Shown here: positions 47,558 to 57,702 of the stretch, in pieces
Layout: each line of letters begins with the position of its first letter
Numbering within the stretch: the stretch's first letter is position 1
From: Cenarchaeum sp.
GTDB taxonomy: Archaea > Thermoproteota > Nitrososphaeria > Nitrososphaerales > Nitrosopumilaceae
Direction: 5' to 3'
NCBI GenBank assembly: GCA_965212015.1
Contig: OZ243037.1
Coordinates: 960,001 to 1,024,000, forward strand
Length of the DNA: 64,000 nucleotides
Translations under genes and position numbers: made by a program
Notes under the pieces: model-generated
What the model was told of the DNA's origin: nothing
Seen by the model: only the letters and a program-made list of their open reading frames with translations
Databases searched by the model: none

Positions 47558-48853
47558 TTAGTCGAACACGCCGGCATGGCGCCAAATGGATTCGCGCGAG
47601 CAATCCCCGTAATCCAAAAAACCCCCCTCCTGCAGCTTTTTTACTACAAACGCAGAATATGCAGGCGCGCCGGTGGCGCCAGGCGAGTTGTAGTTTATTA
47701 TGCTAAGGGAACCCTCGCCTTTTAGCTCCAGCACGTCTGAGAGAAACCCGCCCTCCGGCGTGATTATCTGCGAACGTATTCCCGCAGTGCCCCTGCCGCT
47801 AAAAAATTCCGGCCTCACCCGGGGGATGAATTTTTTGAGGCGCCCGACCATCGCCGTCTTTGAGACCGAGCTGAGCCATTCCTTGCACACCATGGACAAA
47901 AATTCCGGATCAAGGAGCAGTTTTTTTGCATTTCCCGTCACCAGGCCCCCTAGCTTGCATAGCGACTCGCCAATGTCACCCACGTAACCCTCGTATATCT
48001 CCGAGCCCAGAACGGGAACGGCGTTTGGGCCGATCTCGACTGTGCCGTCGGCCTTTTTTATCCAGTGCGGATCCAAAAAAGGATACCCCTCAAACTCTGC
48101 GACGGTGTATGCCGTGGTCCCGACCAGTCCGGCATGCTGCGCGTCTGCGACCCAGTACTCGCCCCGGAAATGAAGATCAGAGTACTGTGTGGCCGTCCCC
48201 AAAAGATGCGCAACATCCAAAGAGTTCCCCCCCGCGCAGTTGATCACAAAGTCGGCCGATATTTCTGGGCCGCCTTCAAGTAGCATGGTGTGGCCGTCCG
48301 GGTTTTTTTGTATGTCCGTTACGTTTTTTTGCATCAAAAAGTCGGTCCCGTTTTTTTGCGACTCGTTTTTTGTCGCGCGGCACAGCGCCCCGAAATCCGT
48401 CGACGCCTCTCGCGTGCAGTGTATGGCCGAGTGGCACCGGATGTTTGGCTCCATTTTTGAGACCTGGGCCCCGTCTAGCAGGCGCATGTCGTCTGGCGGA
48501 ATCCCGTTTTCATCCCCCCATTTCATGTACCGCTCGAGGCTCTTGTGTTGCCCCTCGTCTAGTGCCAGCTCCAAGACCCCGGTCCTCGCCCACGGTATTT
48601 TTTCCCTTTTTGCAAGATCCTCCCACATTCCGCGGGATAACAGGGCCGATCTTGCCAGCATTCCCCTTGTCTTTGGATTCAGATAAAACGGAGAGTGCAC
48701 CACGCCGGTATTGCGCCCGCTGGCATGCATTGCGACGCCGGATTCCTTTTCTATTACAGCCGTCCTTGCACCACAAAGCGACGAGATCCAGTACGATATG
48801 CTGGTGCCAAGGATTCCTCCCCCGATGATTGCAATGTCGTATCGCTCCAACAC
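47558..48853 (-). CDS. FAD-dependent oxidoreductase, L-2-hydroxyglutarate oxidase-like
   Basis: IIGGGILG, HASGRNTGVVH, FRGEYW, GPNA, GIRSQ, SPGAT. Confidence 0.9.
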   Translation of the reverse strand: MLERYDIAIIGGGILGTSISYWISSLCGARTAVIEKESGVAMHASGRNTGVVHSPFYLNPKTRGMLARSALLSRGMWEDLAKREKIPWARTGVLELALDEGQHKSLERYMKWGDENGIPPDDMRLLDGAQVSKMEPNIRCHSAIHCTREASTDFGALCRATKNESQKNGTDFLMQKNVTDIQKNPDGHTMLLEGGPEISADFVINCAGGNSLDVAHLLGTATQYSDLHFRGEYWVADAQHAGLVGTTAYTVAEFEGYPFLDPHWIKKADGTVEIGPNAVPVLGSEIYEGYVGDIGESLCKLGGLVTGNAKKLLLDPEFLSMVCKEWLSSVSKTAMVGRLKKFIPRVRPEFFSGRGTAGIRSQIITPEGGFLSDVLELKGEGSLSIINYNSPGATGAPAYSAFVVKKLQEGGFLDYGDCSRESIWRHAGVFD

Positions 48854-49092
48854 ACGTGGATCGTCGTGTTCACATTAATTGATTTTGAATCACGGCACGC
48901 AGGCGGCGCCGGGAGGCAGACTGGCATTCCCGGGGGCCGTCCCCGTCACGGCCGGGATCCATCCCGGCTGCTCAAAAGGCCTTCATTTTGGGGCCGGTCT
49001 TGTTACAGATGGGTCCGTACCAGCTATATCATAATCAGGGCATCGTTGCCTGCATTTCACGCAAGACGCGGATTTGTTCGGCGTATGTTCAA

Positions 49093-52000
49093 CTAGGGAT
49101 CCTGCATGCCGTGAAGAACCAAAAAGGCCTCGCGTGAGTCGCCGTCGGCATTATGGATGCTGACTGTCGTTTCCAGGTCGTCAAAGGCCGGAACGGTATA
49201 GATGCCGCCGTAATAGAAATCACGCAGCTCCTCCATCTGAATAATGTGCGCGTCGCGCTTTTGGGCAAAGGCGTCGCACGCACGATTGTCCTCGTCGGTA
49301 CACGCACTCGACATGTCGACTGGCGGCGCATCCACGTACGACCACGTGCCAAACGCGTTCTTTGTCCACTGGTGTCCCAGCTGGTCGGTCCACACGTCTG
49401 CAAGCTTGTCGGTCCGAGTCAGGTGCAGCTTTACTGCGTCGCCCTGGTTTGAGTGCCTCTCGCTGAGCTCGTGCGTGGGGGGCACGTTTAGCGAGTCGCC
49501 ATACACCAGCAGTCCCTCGTTCATATAGTGGGTGGTGCCGCGCCTCTTTGAGTCCAGCGCGTTTATTGCAAACGGCTCGTCGTACAGCGTCTCGCGGAAC
49601 AGTACGCCATCTATGTTCAGCCGCACGCACAGGTTATTTTCGTCTGTAGGCAGGCATTTTACGCGCGATATCTCAAATGTGGCGTCCTCGCCTATCACGC
49701 GATTCTCGTTTGAATATTCCACGGAATCTATCATGTACGTGGAGTTTATGGAATAGTCGCGTATCAGGTTTACGTTAATCTGCGCCTCTGCAGCATTCAG
49801 GGGCGAGCCTATTCCGGGCATGCCAAAGCCGATGTTAAACGAGCGCAGGCCGTTTTGTGCGTACGCCGTTAGCGCAAAGTCGTGAAGCGAGTCAGTCTCT
49901 ATGGTATTGCGTTTGTAATCGACGTGATAGTCAGTTACGTCGCGGCAGACATTGTCCATGGAATAGCCGCAGTCCACTATTTTTTGGCCAGTCGTGTACG
50001 ACTTGCCAAACGTCGGCTTTGTCCTCCACTGCGTGTCGTCATCGCCGCCTCCCGAGCACGGTTCAAAGACAATGGTGGTAACCGTGACGGCCGTGCTGCC
50101 GTCCTCGCCGGTGGTAGTGGTAGTTATGGTAAGCATCTGATCTGCCAGATCACTGCAGACATAGTCCTCATCGGCAGTCGAGGCAAGCGACACCGTTTGT
50201 ACACCCTCCACATCAACAACCATCAATTCGAATAGATCGTTACCTTCACCGTCATCACCGGCGCCGGTAAGTTCCGGCGCGTACGTCGCTCCAGTAAAGG
50301 TGGCATTATCCGGGGCACCCAGACTGCTTGCCGGGATGCTAAATGTCTCAAGTGCGGCCACATCCAGCGTGATTACATCAGAGACCCGGATGTTGAGCGT
50401 GCCCGGAAATGTAATGGTGGATACGCCGGGGCGCAGAAGAGCAGTATATTCAATGGTATAGTCTACAGTCGCACCGGTGGACGGCACCAGGTCAAGCGGG
50501 ATGGTGCCGGACAGCCTCAGGTCGGCAGGATTCCGGTTTATGATATTTCCGTGGCTCAGCCCGAGGGTCGCCAACATCTCTTCGGCCTCTGCGTCCAATA
50601 CGAGGTCATAATTGACATTATCGGGCGTTATTGGAAACGATATGTCCACAGTGTCGCCGGGCGAATATACTGCTGAAAAGTTGCCGACAGTCGGGGCAAA
50701 CGTCGTAAGGGTATAGAGGTTCGTGGCCCTTTCAACTACATCGTCTACCACTGCGTCACCGGTCTCCACACCGTTGGCATCTATTGCCTGGTCGTTCGGA
50801 TTATTCGTGACGGATTCTGCCGTGGCGCGCAACTCTACTATAAAGTTCCATGTTTGGTTGCCTATAAAGTTCCTAGAGGCAAGTGTCTCATCACCATCTA
50901 GTGTACCTTGAACAGGGTAAAAGCCCCTCTGAGCGCTTTCACGGGCGCCGTTACCGGGATTATGATGGGGGAATCCGGGCGGTGAGGGCAGTTGGAACTC
51001 TGGGAAAAAGAGCGCTTCCCCGTTTGGATTATCAAAAGTTACACTTTCAAGAAACTCTTGTGCCGAGATAAACGAATTATGACCTACCAGCACCCTCTGT
51101 GTAATGTCGGCAAACAATATGGAGGGCTGGGTGGCCGATGCAGTCGTCACTTGCAAACTCGAGAGGTGCGAGCCGTCACACACCAGATAATCGATGGTTG
51201 CCGTACCGGTGTTGCCAGTCGACGTAAAGGTCGCAATGCCCGTATCGGAATCAATCGCAAGGGAGTCCGGAGTGATGGCGTTGCCTGCCAGGCCCGCAAA
51301 GGAGTACGTCAGGGTGTCCTCGGCATCGGTATCGCTGGTATACAGGGAGAGATCCAGCTGTGTGGCAGTTCTGGCAAGCGGAATGTCCATGTTGTTCACG
51401 TTTGAGGGAAGGTCGTTGGGCGATCTTGCATTGTTAAATACACTAACGGTATAGTCGCGCGAGACATCATCGGTATTATCGGCATCAAAGCCGTCATCAG
51501 ATACCGTCACGGTAAACTCTACGCTGCCCTGTGTGAAGCACCTTGCGGGGGTATCCATGCTATCAAAAAGGGGCGAGTTGTCCTGCGGGACAATACCGGA
51601 GAGCTGTCCCGTGGCGGAATCTATGCTCAGCCAGCCCGGATGGTTCGAGAGGCTGTATTCCAGTACTGCGCCCGGGTCGTCATCGGATCCCGGAACCGGG
51701 GCCAATTCAGAGACGTCACTGTCCTCCGTAAAGCCAAAGTTCAGGTCCCCAAGCTCGGGAAGCGCCGTGTTTACCGCAAACGCCAGGATGCCATTGCCTG
51801 TGCGTTCTGTAACGTATAGGATCCTAGAGTCCGAACCGAACTCCATCTCTGTTAACTGTACGCCGGCTAGCGGCCGCGTCTCTAAAAGGGTCAGATCACT
51901 CACGTCATGGGCGGTGCCAAGCGAATATACAAAGAGATTGCGAAAGCCGTTCCTGCCCTGCTCGTCCAAAACGTACAGTATGGAGCCGTCATCGGTGATT

Positions 52001-55000
52001 TCAGATCCGGTCGGGCGGCCAACGGTCAGGTCAGAGAATACCGGGGGTTTCGTGATGCTTCCCAGGAGAAACGGACTGCCTAGCTCGTACCCGAATATGC
52101 GGTCGTTTTGGGCGCCTGTCATGTACATGTACCGGCCGTCACTTGAAAAGTCCAGTCCTTCCGGGAAACTATCCGGAAGCCTGCCGGTGGCGGGAAAACT
52201 GCGGTCGGGGTCGGTGGGGGAGGACGGCATTGCATAGGGGGCATCGAGGATATACTCGTGTATGCGGTCGTTTTGGGTTCCAATTATAAACATGCGCTGG
52301 CCGTTATTTGAGAATTCCACCCCGTTGGGCGAATTATCTGCAGAACCCACAAAGAACTCTGCGGTGAAATCATCGGACCTGCTCGATACGTCAAAGGCCG
52401 TACCGAGGTCATACTGGAGTATGCGATCATTCGTACCGGTCTCGACTACAAACAAGAGCGTGCCGTTACTGGAAAATGCCAGATCGGTGGGCAGGGAGTA
52501 GGTGCCGGAATGCGAGGTTGTGGGCGCATAGTCAATCGATGGCGGAGTAAGTATCAGGTTGACAGAATAGTCGTTCGATGCCGTATTGCCGACGTTTATT
52601 GCGTTCTGGGCCGCACCTGCCGGAATCGATACGGTAATGATGGCGTCGGTGGCCCCGCGAAGCACGTCAAAGTCAAACACGGTATTATCATCGGTTCTAA
52701 AGTTTGATACCACGTGAACGCCCGTGCTGCTCGATATTATAATATCGGATGCCTCCAGTCCCGACACCGACTCGCTGAATGTGGCGTTAAACGCTGCAAT
52801 GCCGTCGACTGTGGCATCCTCCGGGGTGGCGCTGTTGATTGTTACCGTGGGTGTGATGATCTCGGGAAGGGAGAACCCAAAGACGTTATCAACAGCTCCG
52901 GTAGCGCTAGAGCCGAGTGTAAACATGTGCTGGTTGTCAGCTGTTATACGCAGGCCATTGACGTTTCCGGTCTGGGGGTGAAAGGAAACAGAGTTGTCCA
53001 CATACGTTACACCGGAGAGGATTGAGAACGGGGCGCCCAGCGCATACTCGTGGAATCTGCCGGCGAATCCTCCAATGACAAACATGGATGTGCCATCGGA
53101 GCGAAATGCCAGATCGTTCGGAAAAGTCAGGTTACGCGGCTCTGCATCGATCAGATCGACGGCGGCGCCGCTGGAGGATACGTCAGAAAGGGAAAAGGGG
53201 ACGCCCAGCGCAAACTCATAGACGCTAATATCGGAAGTAGCGCCGCCAAGGACGAACAGCTTTGTGCCGTCAGATGAAAGGGTAAACCCGACTATGCCCC
53301 CATCTATGCCGGTCAGCCTGTGCGAGTTTACCAGCGAGAGGGATTCCACATCATAGGGCGAATCCATGCTGTATTCATGGAGGGATCTGGGGGTTCCCAG
53401 CACAAACATGGTGCGTCCGTCGTTTGAGAATTCCGCATCCGACGGCTCTGTAGTCCCCGGCAGTACGGCCACGGGGCCGCGCACAATGTCGCTGTTGGGG
53501 TTGCCCGTCGTGTTTGCAAAGACAAACGGCGTTCCGCTGGTAGAGTATGTGGTGATATCGCGATCATTGGCCTCCATTATGAACATGAGCGTGCCGTTCC
53601 TTGAAAAGTCCACGTTGCGCGGAGTGTCACCTGCCGTCGACCTCTCAAAGGTCTGGTCAAATACGAGCGTGTTGTTCAGGGTAAGTGTCCTGACGTCATC
53701 CACTATGCGGAGTGTTACGGGTTCGACGTCCGTATTACTTGGACCTGTGGCAACGACGTTAAATTCAACGTTCCCGACGGTATCTGGCGTCCATGTGAAC
53801 GCGCCGCCGGGCGTTATCGCGGCGGATGCCGGCGCGCCGTCGAGTGCAAGGGTTGCCGACCGGCCCGATACCAGGCCGAACTGCAGCGAGATCGGCCCAT
53901 CCACCACGTATTGGTGCGATATTACCGGCAGTATGATTACGGGCGGCAGTCCGGCGGCAAATGTGGCCGTACGAACTTCGGATGCCGCATTGCCGTGTGG
54001 AGTGCGATCCACATCAACGGCGGCGCCCTCCGGAATGCTCACATTTATTGTGCCGTCCGTGCCGTTGCGCTGCACATCAAAGGTGAATGTGTCTGCCTGG
54101 CCGGTGGCGGGCAAAAGATTCGACGCCTTGTGGGTGCCGGCAGGTGCGGTGCTAACCACGGTAATCTCGTCTACTGAAAATTGCGTCACGGGCTCGCTGA
54201 ACTCGGCCATAAACCGTATGGTCTCCAGGTTGGCGGTCCCCTCGTGTTCCACATCATCACTGGTTATGGTCACGGTGGGCGTGGTGACAAATGTAAAGGA
54301 GTACGGGGCAGTTGACTCCTCATTGAGGTTGCCTTGCAGATCCGTGAACGCACCGGCGTCAATGCGTATGATCAAGTTAGCTTCGATGTCTTCGCTGTCT
54401 ATCTGAAAGCTGTATACGAGGTTGTTTACCCGGGCAACGTTCGTTGCCATGTGGACTCCGGGGGGGCCGACGAAGGTAATGTCATCTTCTGTAAACGTGC
54501 TTGCGACTATGCGCTCGCTGAACTCGGCCCTAAAAGTGGCCACATCCAAGGTCGTCTCGCCGCGATCCTCCACGTCGGTGCTGGTGATTGTGACTGTGGG
54601 CGGGGTCTCATCAAGGACCAGCTGGACAACAGGCGCATCGTCAAACTCGAGCCTGTATGACGTAAACACCGTCACATCAACAGGGTCGTCTGCAAACCTT
54701 ACATCAAACGTTATTACTTCAAATCCGATAACGTCATTCGTGCCGGGGGCTATTTGGTAATGGGTGGCATTGAGCCTGGTTGCAGTGATGTGAGAGTTAT
54801 CCCGGGCGCCACTACCGTCCTCGGGCAGCTGAACGTTACTGATCGTAACATGCTCCACAAAGGCGGCATCCCCCCTGGCGACCAGATCTGGAAGATTTAG
54901 GAGGAACGGCTCAAATCCGGGTGTCAAAAAGAGCCGGCCTACCGGGGATTGTGGAAATCCCAGCGGTACGGTTCCGGCAGGATCCGACTCGAATCGGAAT

Positions 55001-57609
55001 AACAGTTGTTCGCTTTGGGGCAGATTTACCCCGTCATCCAGGGCAAAGGTAAACCTGGTCTGGCAGTTACACCCGGGACCGGGGGGCGTTACGATGAGAC
55101 GATCGCCCACTATATTGGCGGATAACGCCTGGTTGCTCTGGCCCGTTATGGTAACATCAAGGCGGGGCCTGCTGTTGTCATTATCCACAAACAGGTCATT
55201 CAGTGGGATGGCAAACCGGTCATTGACGGCGTTGCGCGGTCCAAACTTCAGGCCACTATGCAGTTCCCCGGGTGCCGCGTCGGTGTTACGGGTGACAATT
55301 GTGTAATTGACTATCAGGCTGTCGTGGACCAGCGGAATGATATCTCCCACAACGACCCCCGTGGACGGGATTATTGTCGGACCGTGCAGGACGGCAGTGA
55401 ACGTTACAGAATCCGTGGGGGTTGTAAAGTCGGATGTCGGATTATACGATATGGACCCAGAGCCGTTGGATGGGAATACTCTAATCTGGACTGTGGTCCC
55501 GTTCGAGGTCAGCTCGGGAACAAGGGTGGCGGGATCGGTCTGGTTGATTCGAATCTCCCCCGTTGCATCCGCATTGTCGGCAGTTATTATAATGTGGTTA
55601 AACGCCACCCTCGGGTCTATGGCAAAGTCGTCCCAGTTCAGGACGACATCCTCAGCCAAAAGGCCATGGTTTACATTAATTGAGGAGTCCAGGAATATGC
55701 CGGACTCGGTCGTCTCTATGTCCCGCACTGTAACCGTTATAGTCTCACAGGTGATAGCGTTTGGCACGCCCGTGGCCTGGCTTTCGGCGCACAGCTTGGC
55801 GGCCACTATGCCTGATGATACCGGGTCTATGGACAGTATATCTCCTGTAATGCTCAAATCTACGATTCCGGGATCCAGGTTGGTCACAGTGTATATGATG
55901 TCATCGCCCTCCGGATCCATAAAAAATTCGTTCAACATTACCGTCATGTCCGCATCCGAGGAATCAACTATGTATCCTGCCGTCAGGTTGGATATGGGGG
56001 CCGCATCGGTCTTGTTTACAGTTATATCAAATATGCCAGAGAACATGCTTCCGTCCTGTAAGGCAAACGTATAGGTTATCGGGATGGGATCCGACTGTAT
56101 GCCGGTGGTCACAAATGTGTCGGATATCGTGTGTCTTGTTCTTTCGTCCGTTTCTTCGTCTATCGTCTGGCTGACTATCTGAAATCCATTTATGAATATT
56201 ACACCTGTGGTGTCGTTAAACTGCAGAGGGTCGGCACCACTCGCTACAAGTTCTTGTATCGACTGTAGATCCAGGTTTTCTAGGTCTACCACCCTAGAAA
56301 AATTAATTACACTTAGCGGTATTCCCAGCTCGCCGGTTACCACCGGAATAGTGCCCCTGTCGATGGGGGATTCGGTATGGGAGAGGATATACAATAGCAG
56401 GGAATTCAGCGTCTGCCCCTCGTTTATCGTCTGATCCGGGATGCTCCTGATCACAACGGGCGGGAGGGTAACTGCCTGGGTAAAAGTGGCGGTAAACGGA
56501 ACGGACGCCGAACTGCGGTGACTATTCGCACCCATTGCCGCGCCTTCGGGAATCGATACGGTCACAGTGCCAGCGATGGATCCAACACCGACGACAAACG
56601 TGTACTTGGAGGGGTCGGTAGGGTTTGCCGTAAATTCCGATATTATTAGATTGCCGTCGGTTGCGGTACCCGTCAACACAATATCCTCTTCAACAAATCC
56701 CGTCACATCCTCGCTGAATTGGACGTTAAATGTTATGGCTGGCTCGGCCGTGGATGCGCCGTTTGCCAGATTGCCCCCGGCATCGGCGGTAATTCTCATC
56801 GCGGTGGGCAGGGTAAAGGGCTCGGGAAGCGCATACTGGAGCATGCGATCACCGCCGGAGGTATCCAAAAGATACATGGTCCTACCGTCGGTTGAAAAGT
56901 CCATGCCGCGTGCATTAACAAATGGTATGAGGGAGGTAAAAGTATCAACGGGTGTTGAGCTGGTACCGTTCAGGTGAAATGGCGTACTTAGGGCATACTG
57001 GCTAACCGTAGTACCAAAAAAAGTAAACAGCCTTGTGCCGTCATTGGAGATTGACACGCCCTGCCCCATATGGCCCGTGTCAAACGTGCCGTGAAAGCTA
57101 ACGTCGTCAGTTATATCAAAGGGGTTTTCGAGCCGGTATGAAACGACACCATTATCGCGTCCAAGAAATATCCAGTTACCGCCCCTAGAGATTCCACCAT
57201 CAAAATTCCCGCCATCACAGCAGTCTGGGGGATCAATTAAGAGGGTAAGCTCACCAGTCATAGGATCTGCCGGTAACGTGATAACGCGGGATTGAGATCC
57301 GCTGCTGACTAGAAATACTGTGGCACCGTTATTGTGAACCATTACGCCCTGTGCATTATTCGTAGGAGGGTCAAAACGCTGCATTATGCCCGCATCGACG
57401 ATGCTGGTTATATCAAAGGGGGTAGTGAGCGTGAATCTGGTAAGCTCGCTAGGTTCTGCGACATACACTCTCAGTCCGTCGTTGGATATTGTCATTCCCA
57501 CGGGAAGTCCTGCGGGCGCTATACTGACGGGAAACTGTGCGTGAGCCGAAATGGGGATTAAAACCAACAATGGCAATAGGAAGGCTGCTACCAGCATGCT
57601 CTTTTGCAT
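49093..57609 (-). CDS. Giant secreted surface protein B (2838 aa), paralogue of A with a unique insert of about 600 aa
   Basis: Signal peptide, propeller-like, Ig-like and cadherin-like repeats, shared C-terminus. Confidence 0.92.
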   Translation of the reverse strand: MQKSMLVAAFLLPLLVLIPISAHAQFPVSIAPAGLPVGMTISNDGLRVYVAEPSELTRFTLTTPFDITSIVDAGIMQRFDPPTNNAQGVMVHNNGATVFLVSSGSQSRVITLPADPMTGELTLLIDPPDCCDGGNFDGGISRGGNWIFLGRDNGVVSYRLENPFDITDDVSFHGTFDTGHMGQGVSISNDGTRLFTFFGTTVSQYALSTPFHLNGTSSTPVDTFTSLIPFVNARGMDFSTDGRTMYLLDTSGGDRMLQYALPEPFTLPTAMRITADAGGNLANGASTAEPAITFNVQFSEDVTGFVEEDIVLTGTATDGNLIISEFTANPTDPSKYTFVVGVGSIAGTVTVSIPEGAAMGANSHRSSASVPFTATFTQAVTLPPVVIRSIPDQTINEGQTLNSLLLYILSHTESPIDRGTIPVVTGELGIPLSVINFSRVVDLENLDLQSIQELVASGADPLQFNDTTGVIFINGFQIVSQTIDEETDERTRHTISDTFVTTGIQSDPIPITYTFALQDGSMFSGIFDITVNKTDAAPISNLTAGYIVDSSDADMTVMLNEFFMDPEGDDIIYTVTNLDPGIVDLSITGDILSIDPVSSGIVAAKLCAESQATGVPNAITCETITVTVRDIETTESGIFLDSSINVNHGLLAEDVVLNWDDFAIDPRVAFNHIIITADNADATGEIRINQTDPATLVPELTSNGTTVQIRVFPSNGSGSISYNPTSDFTTPTDSVTFTAVLHGPTIIPSTGVVVGDIIPLVHDSLIVNYTIVTRNTDAAPGELHSGLKFGPRNAVNDRFAIPLNDLFVDNDNSRPRLDVTITGQSNQALSANIVGDRLIVTPPGPGCNCQTRFTFALDDGVNLPQSEQLLFRFESDPAGTVPLGFPQSPVGRLFLTPGFEPFLLNLPDLVARGDAAFVEHVTISNVQLPEDGSGARDNSHITATRLNATHYQIAPGTNDVIGFEVITFDVRFADDPVDVTVFTSYRLEFDDAPVVQLVLDETPPTVTITSTDVEDRGETTLDVATFRAEFSERIVASTFTEDDITFVGPPGVHMATNVARVNNLVYSFQIDSEDIEANLIIRIDAGAFTDLQGNLNEESTAPYSFTFVTTPTVTITSDDVEHEGTANLETIRFMAEFSEPVTQFSVDEITVVSTAPAGTHKASNLLPATGQADTFTFDVQRNGTDGTINVSIPEGAAVDVDRTPHGNAASEVRTATFAAGLPPVIILPVISHQYVVDGPISLQFGLVSGRSATLALDGAPASAAITPGGAFTWTPDTVGNVEFNVVATGPSNTDVEPVTLRIVDDVRTLTLNNTLVFDQTFERSTAGDTPRNVDFSRNGTLMFIMEANDRDITTYSTSGTPFVFANTTGNPNSDIVRGPVAVLPGTTEPSDAEFSNDGRTMFVLGTPRSLHEYSMDSPYDVESLSLVNSHRLTGIDGGIVGFTLSSDGTKLFVLGGATSDISVYEFALGVPFSLSDVSSSGAAVDLIDAEPRNLTFPNDLAFRSDGTSMFVIGGFAGRFHEYALGAPFSILSGVTYVDNSVSFHPQTGNVNGLRITADNQHMFTLGSSATGAVDNVFGFSLPEIITPTVTINSATPEDATVDGIAAFNATFSESVSGLEASDIIISSSTGVHVVSNFRTDDNTVFDFDVLRGATDAIITVSIPAGAAQNAINVGNTASNDYSVNLILTPPSIDYAPTTSHSGTYSLPTDLAFSSNGTLLFVVETGTNDRILQYDLGTAFDVSSRSDDFTAEFFVGSADNSPNGVEFSNNGQRMFIIGTQNDRIHEYILDAPYAMPSSPTDPDRSFPATGRLPDSFPEGLDFSSDGRYMYMTGAQNDRIFGYELGSPFLLGSITKPPVFSDLTVGRPTGSEITDDGSILYVLDEQGRNGFRNLFVYSLGTAHDVSDLTLLETRPLAGVQLTEMEFGSDSRILYVTERTGNGILAFAVNTALPELGDLNFGFTEDSDVSELAPVPGSDDDPGAVLEYSLSNHPGWLSIDSATGQLSGIVPQDNSPLFDSMDTPARCFTQGSVEFTVTVSDDGFDADNTDDVSRDYTVSVFNNARSPNDLPSNVNNMDIPLARTATQLDLSLYTSDTDAEDTLTYSFAGLAGNAITPDSLAIDSDTGIATFTSTGNTGTATIDYLVCDGSHLSSLQVTTASATQPSILFADITQRVLVGHNSFISAQEFLESVTFDNPNGEALFFPEFQLPSPPGFPHHNPGNGARESAQRGFYPVQGTLDGDETLASRNFIGNQTWNFIVELRATAESVTNNPNDQAIDANGVETGDAVVDDVVERATNLYTLTTFAPTVGNFSAVYSPGDTVDISFPITPDNVNYDLVLDAEAEEMLATLGLSHGNIINRNPADLRLSGTIPLDLVPSTGATVDYTIEYTALLRPGVSTITFPGTLNIRVSDVITLDVAALETFSIPASSLGAPDNATFTGATYAPELTGAGDDGEGNDLFELMVVDVEGVQTVSLASTADEDYVCSDLADQMLTITTTTTGEDGSTAVTVTTIVFEPCSGGGDDDTQWRTKPTFGKSYTTGQKIVDCGYSMDNVCRDVTDYHVDYKRNTIETDSLHDFALTAYAQNGLRSFNIGFGMPGIGSPLNAAEAQINVNLIRDYSINSTYMIDSVEYSNENRVIGEDATFEISRVKCLPTDENNLCVRLNIDGVLFRETLYDEPFAINALDSKRRGTTHYMNEGLLVYGDSLNVPPTHELSERHSNQGDAVKLHLTRTDKLADVWTDQLGHQWTKNAFGTWSYVDAPPVDMSSACTDEDNRACDAFAQKRDAHIIQMEELRDFYYGGIYTVPAFDDLETTVSIHNADGDSREAFLVLHGMQDP

Positions 57610-57644
57610 ATACCACCCCCCCCCCCCAATTGCTTATAAAAGTA
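57610..57644 (-). promoter_or_regulatory. Leaderless-type promoter with G12 tract between TATA box and ATG
   Basis: Minus strand TTTTATAA-GCAATT-G12-TGGTAT-ATG; C-run 57616-57627. Confidence 0.8.
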
Positions 57645-57702
57645 TGCTGTCAAAAAAATGATCGGTTTGGACATTAAAGCCAATTCATGATCCGGGGTTC
57701 AT

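Noticed and set aside
40680-51060. Variable patches between giant paralogues as a diversity-generating retroelement TR/VR pair
   Set aside because: Differences are not adenine-specific, include indels, both copies are coding, and there is no reverse transcriptase in the window
5510-56977. Many long antisense or overlapping ORFs (e.g. 5510-6433, 36933-37754, 43330-44367, 53366-54406)
   Set aside because: Shadow frames of GC-rich coding genes, with no motifs or promoters
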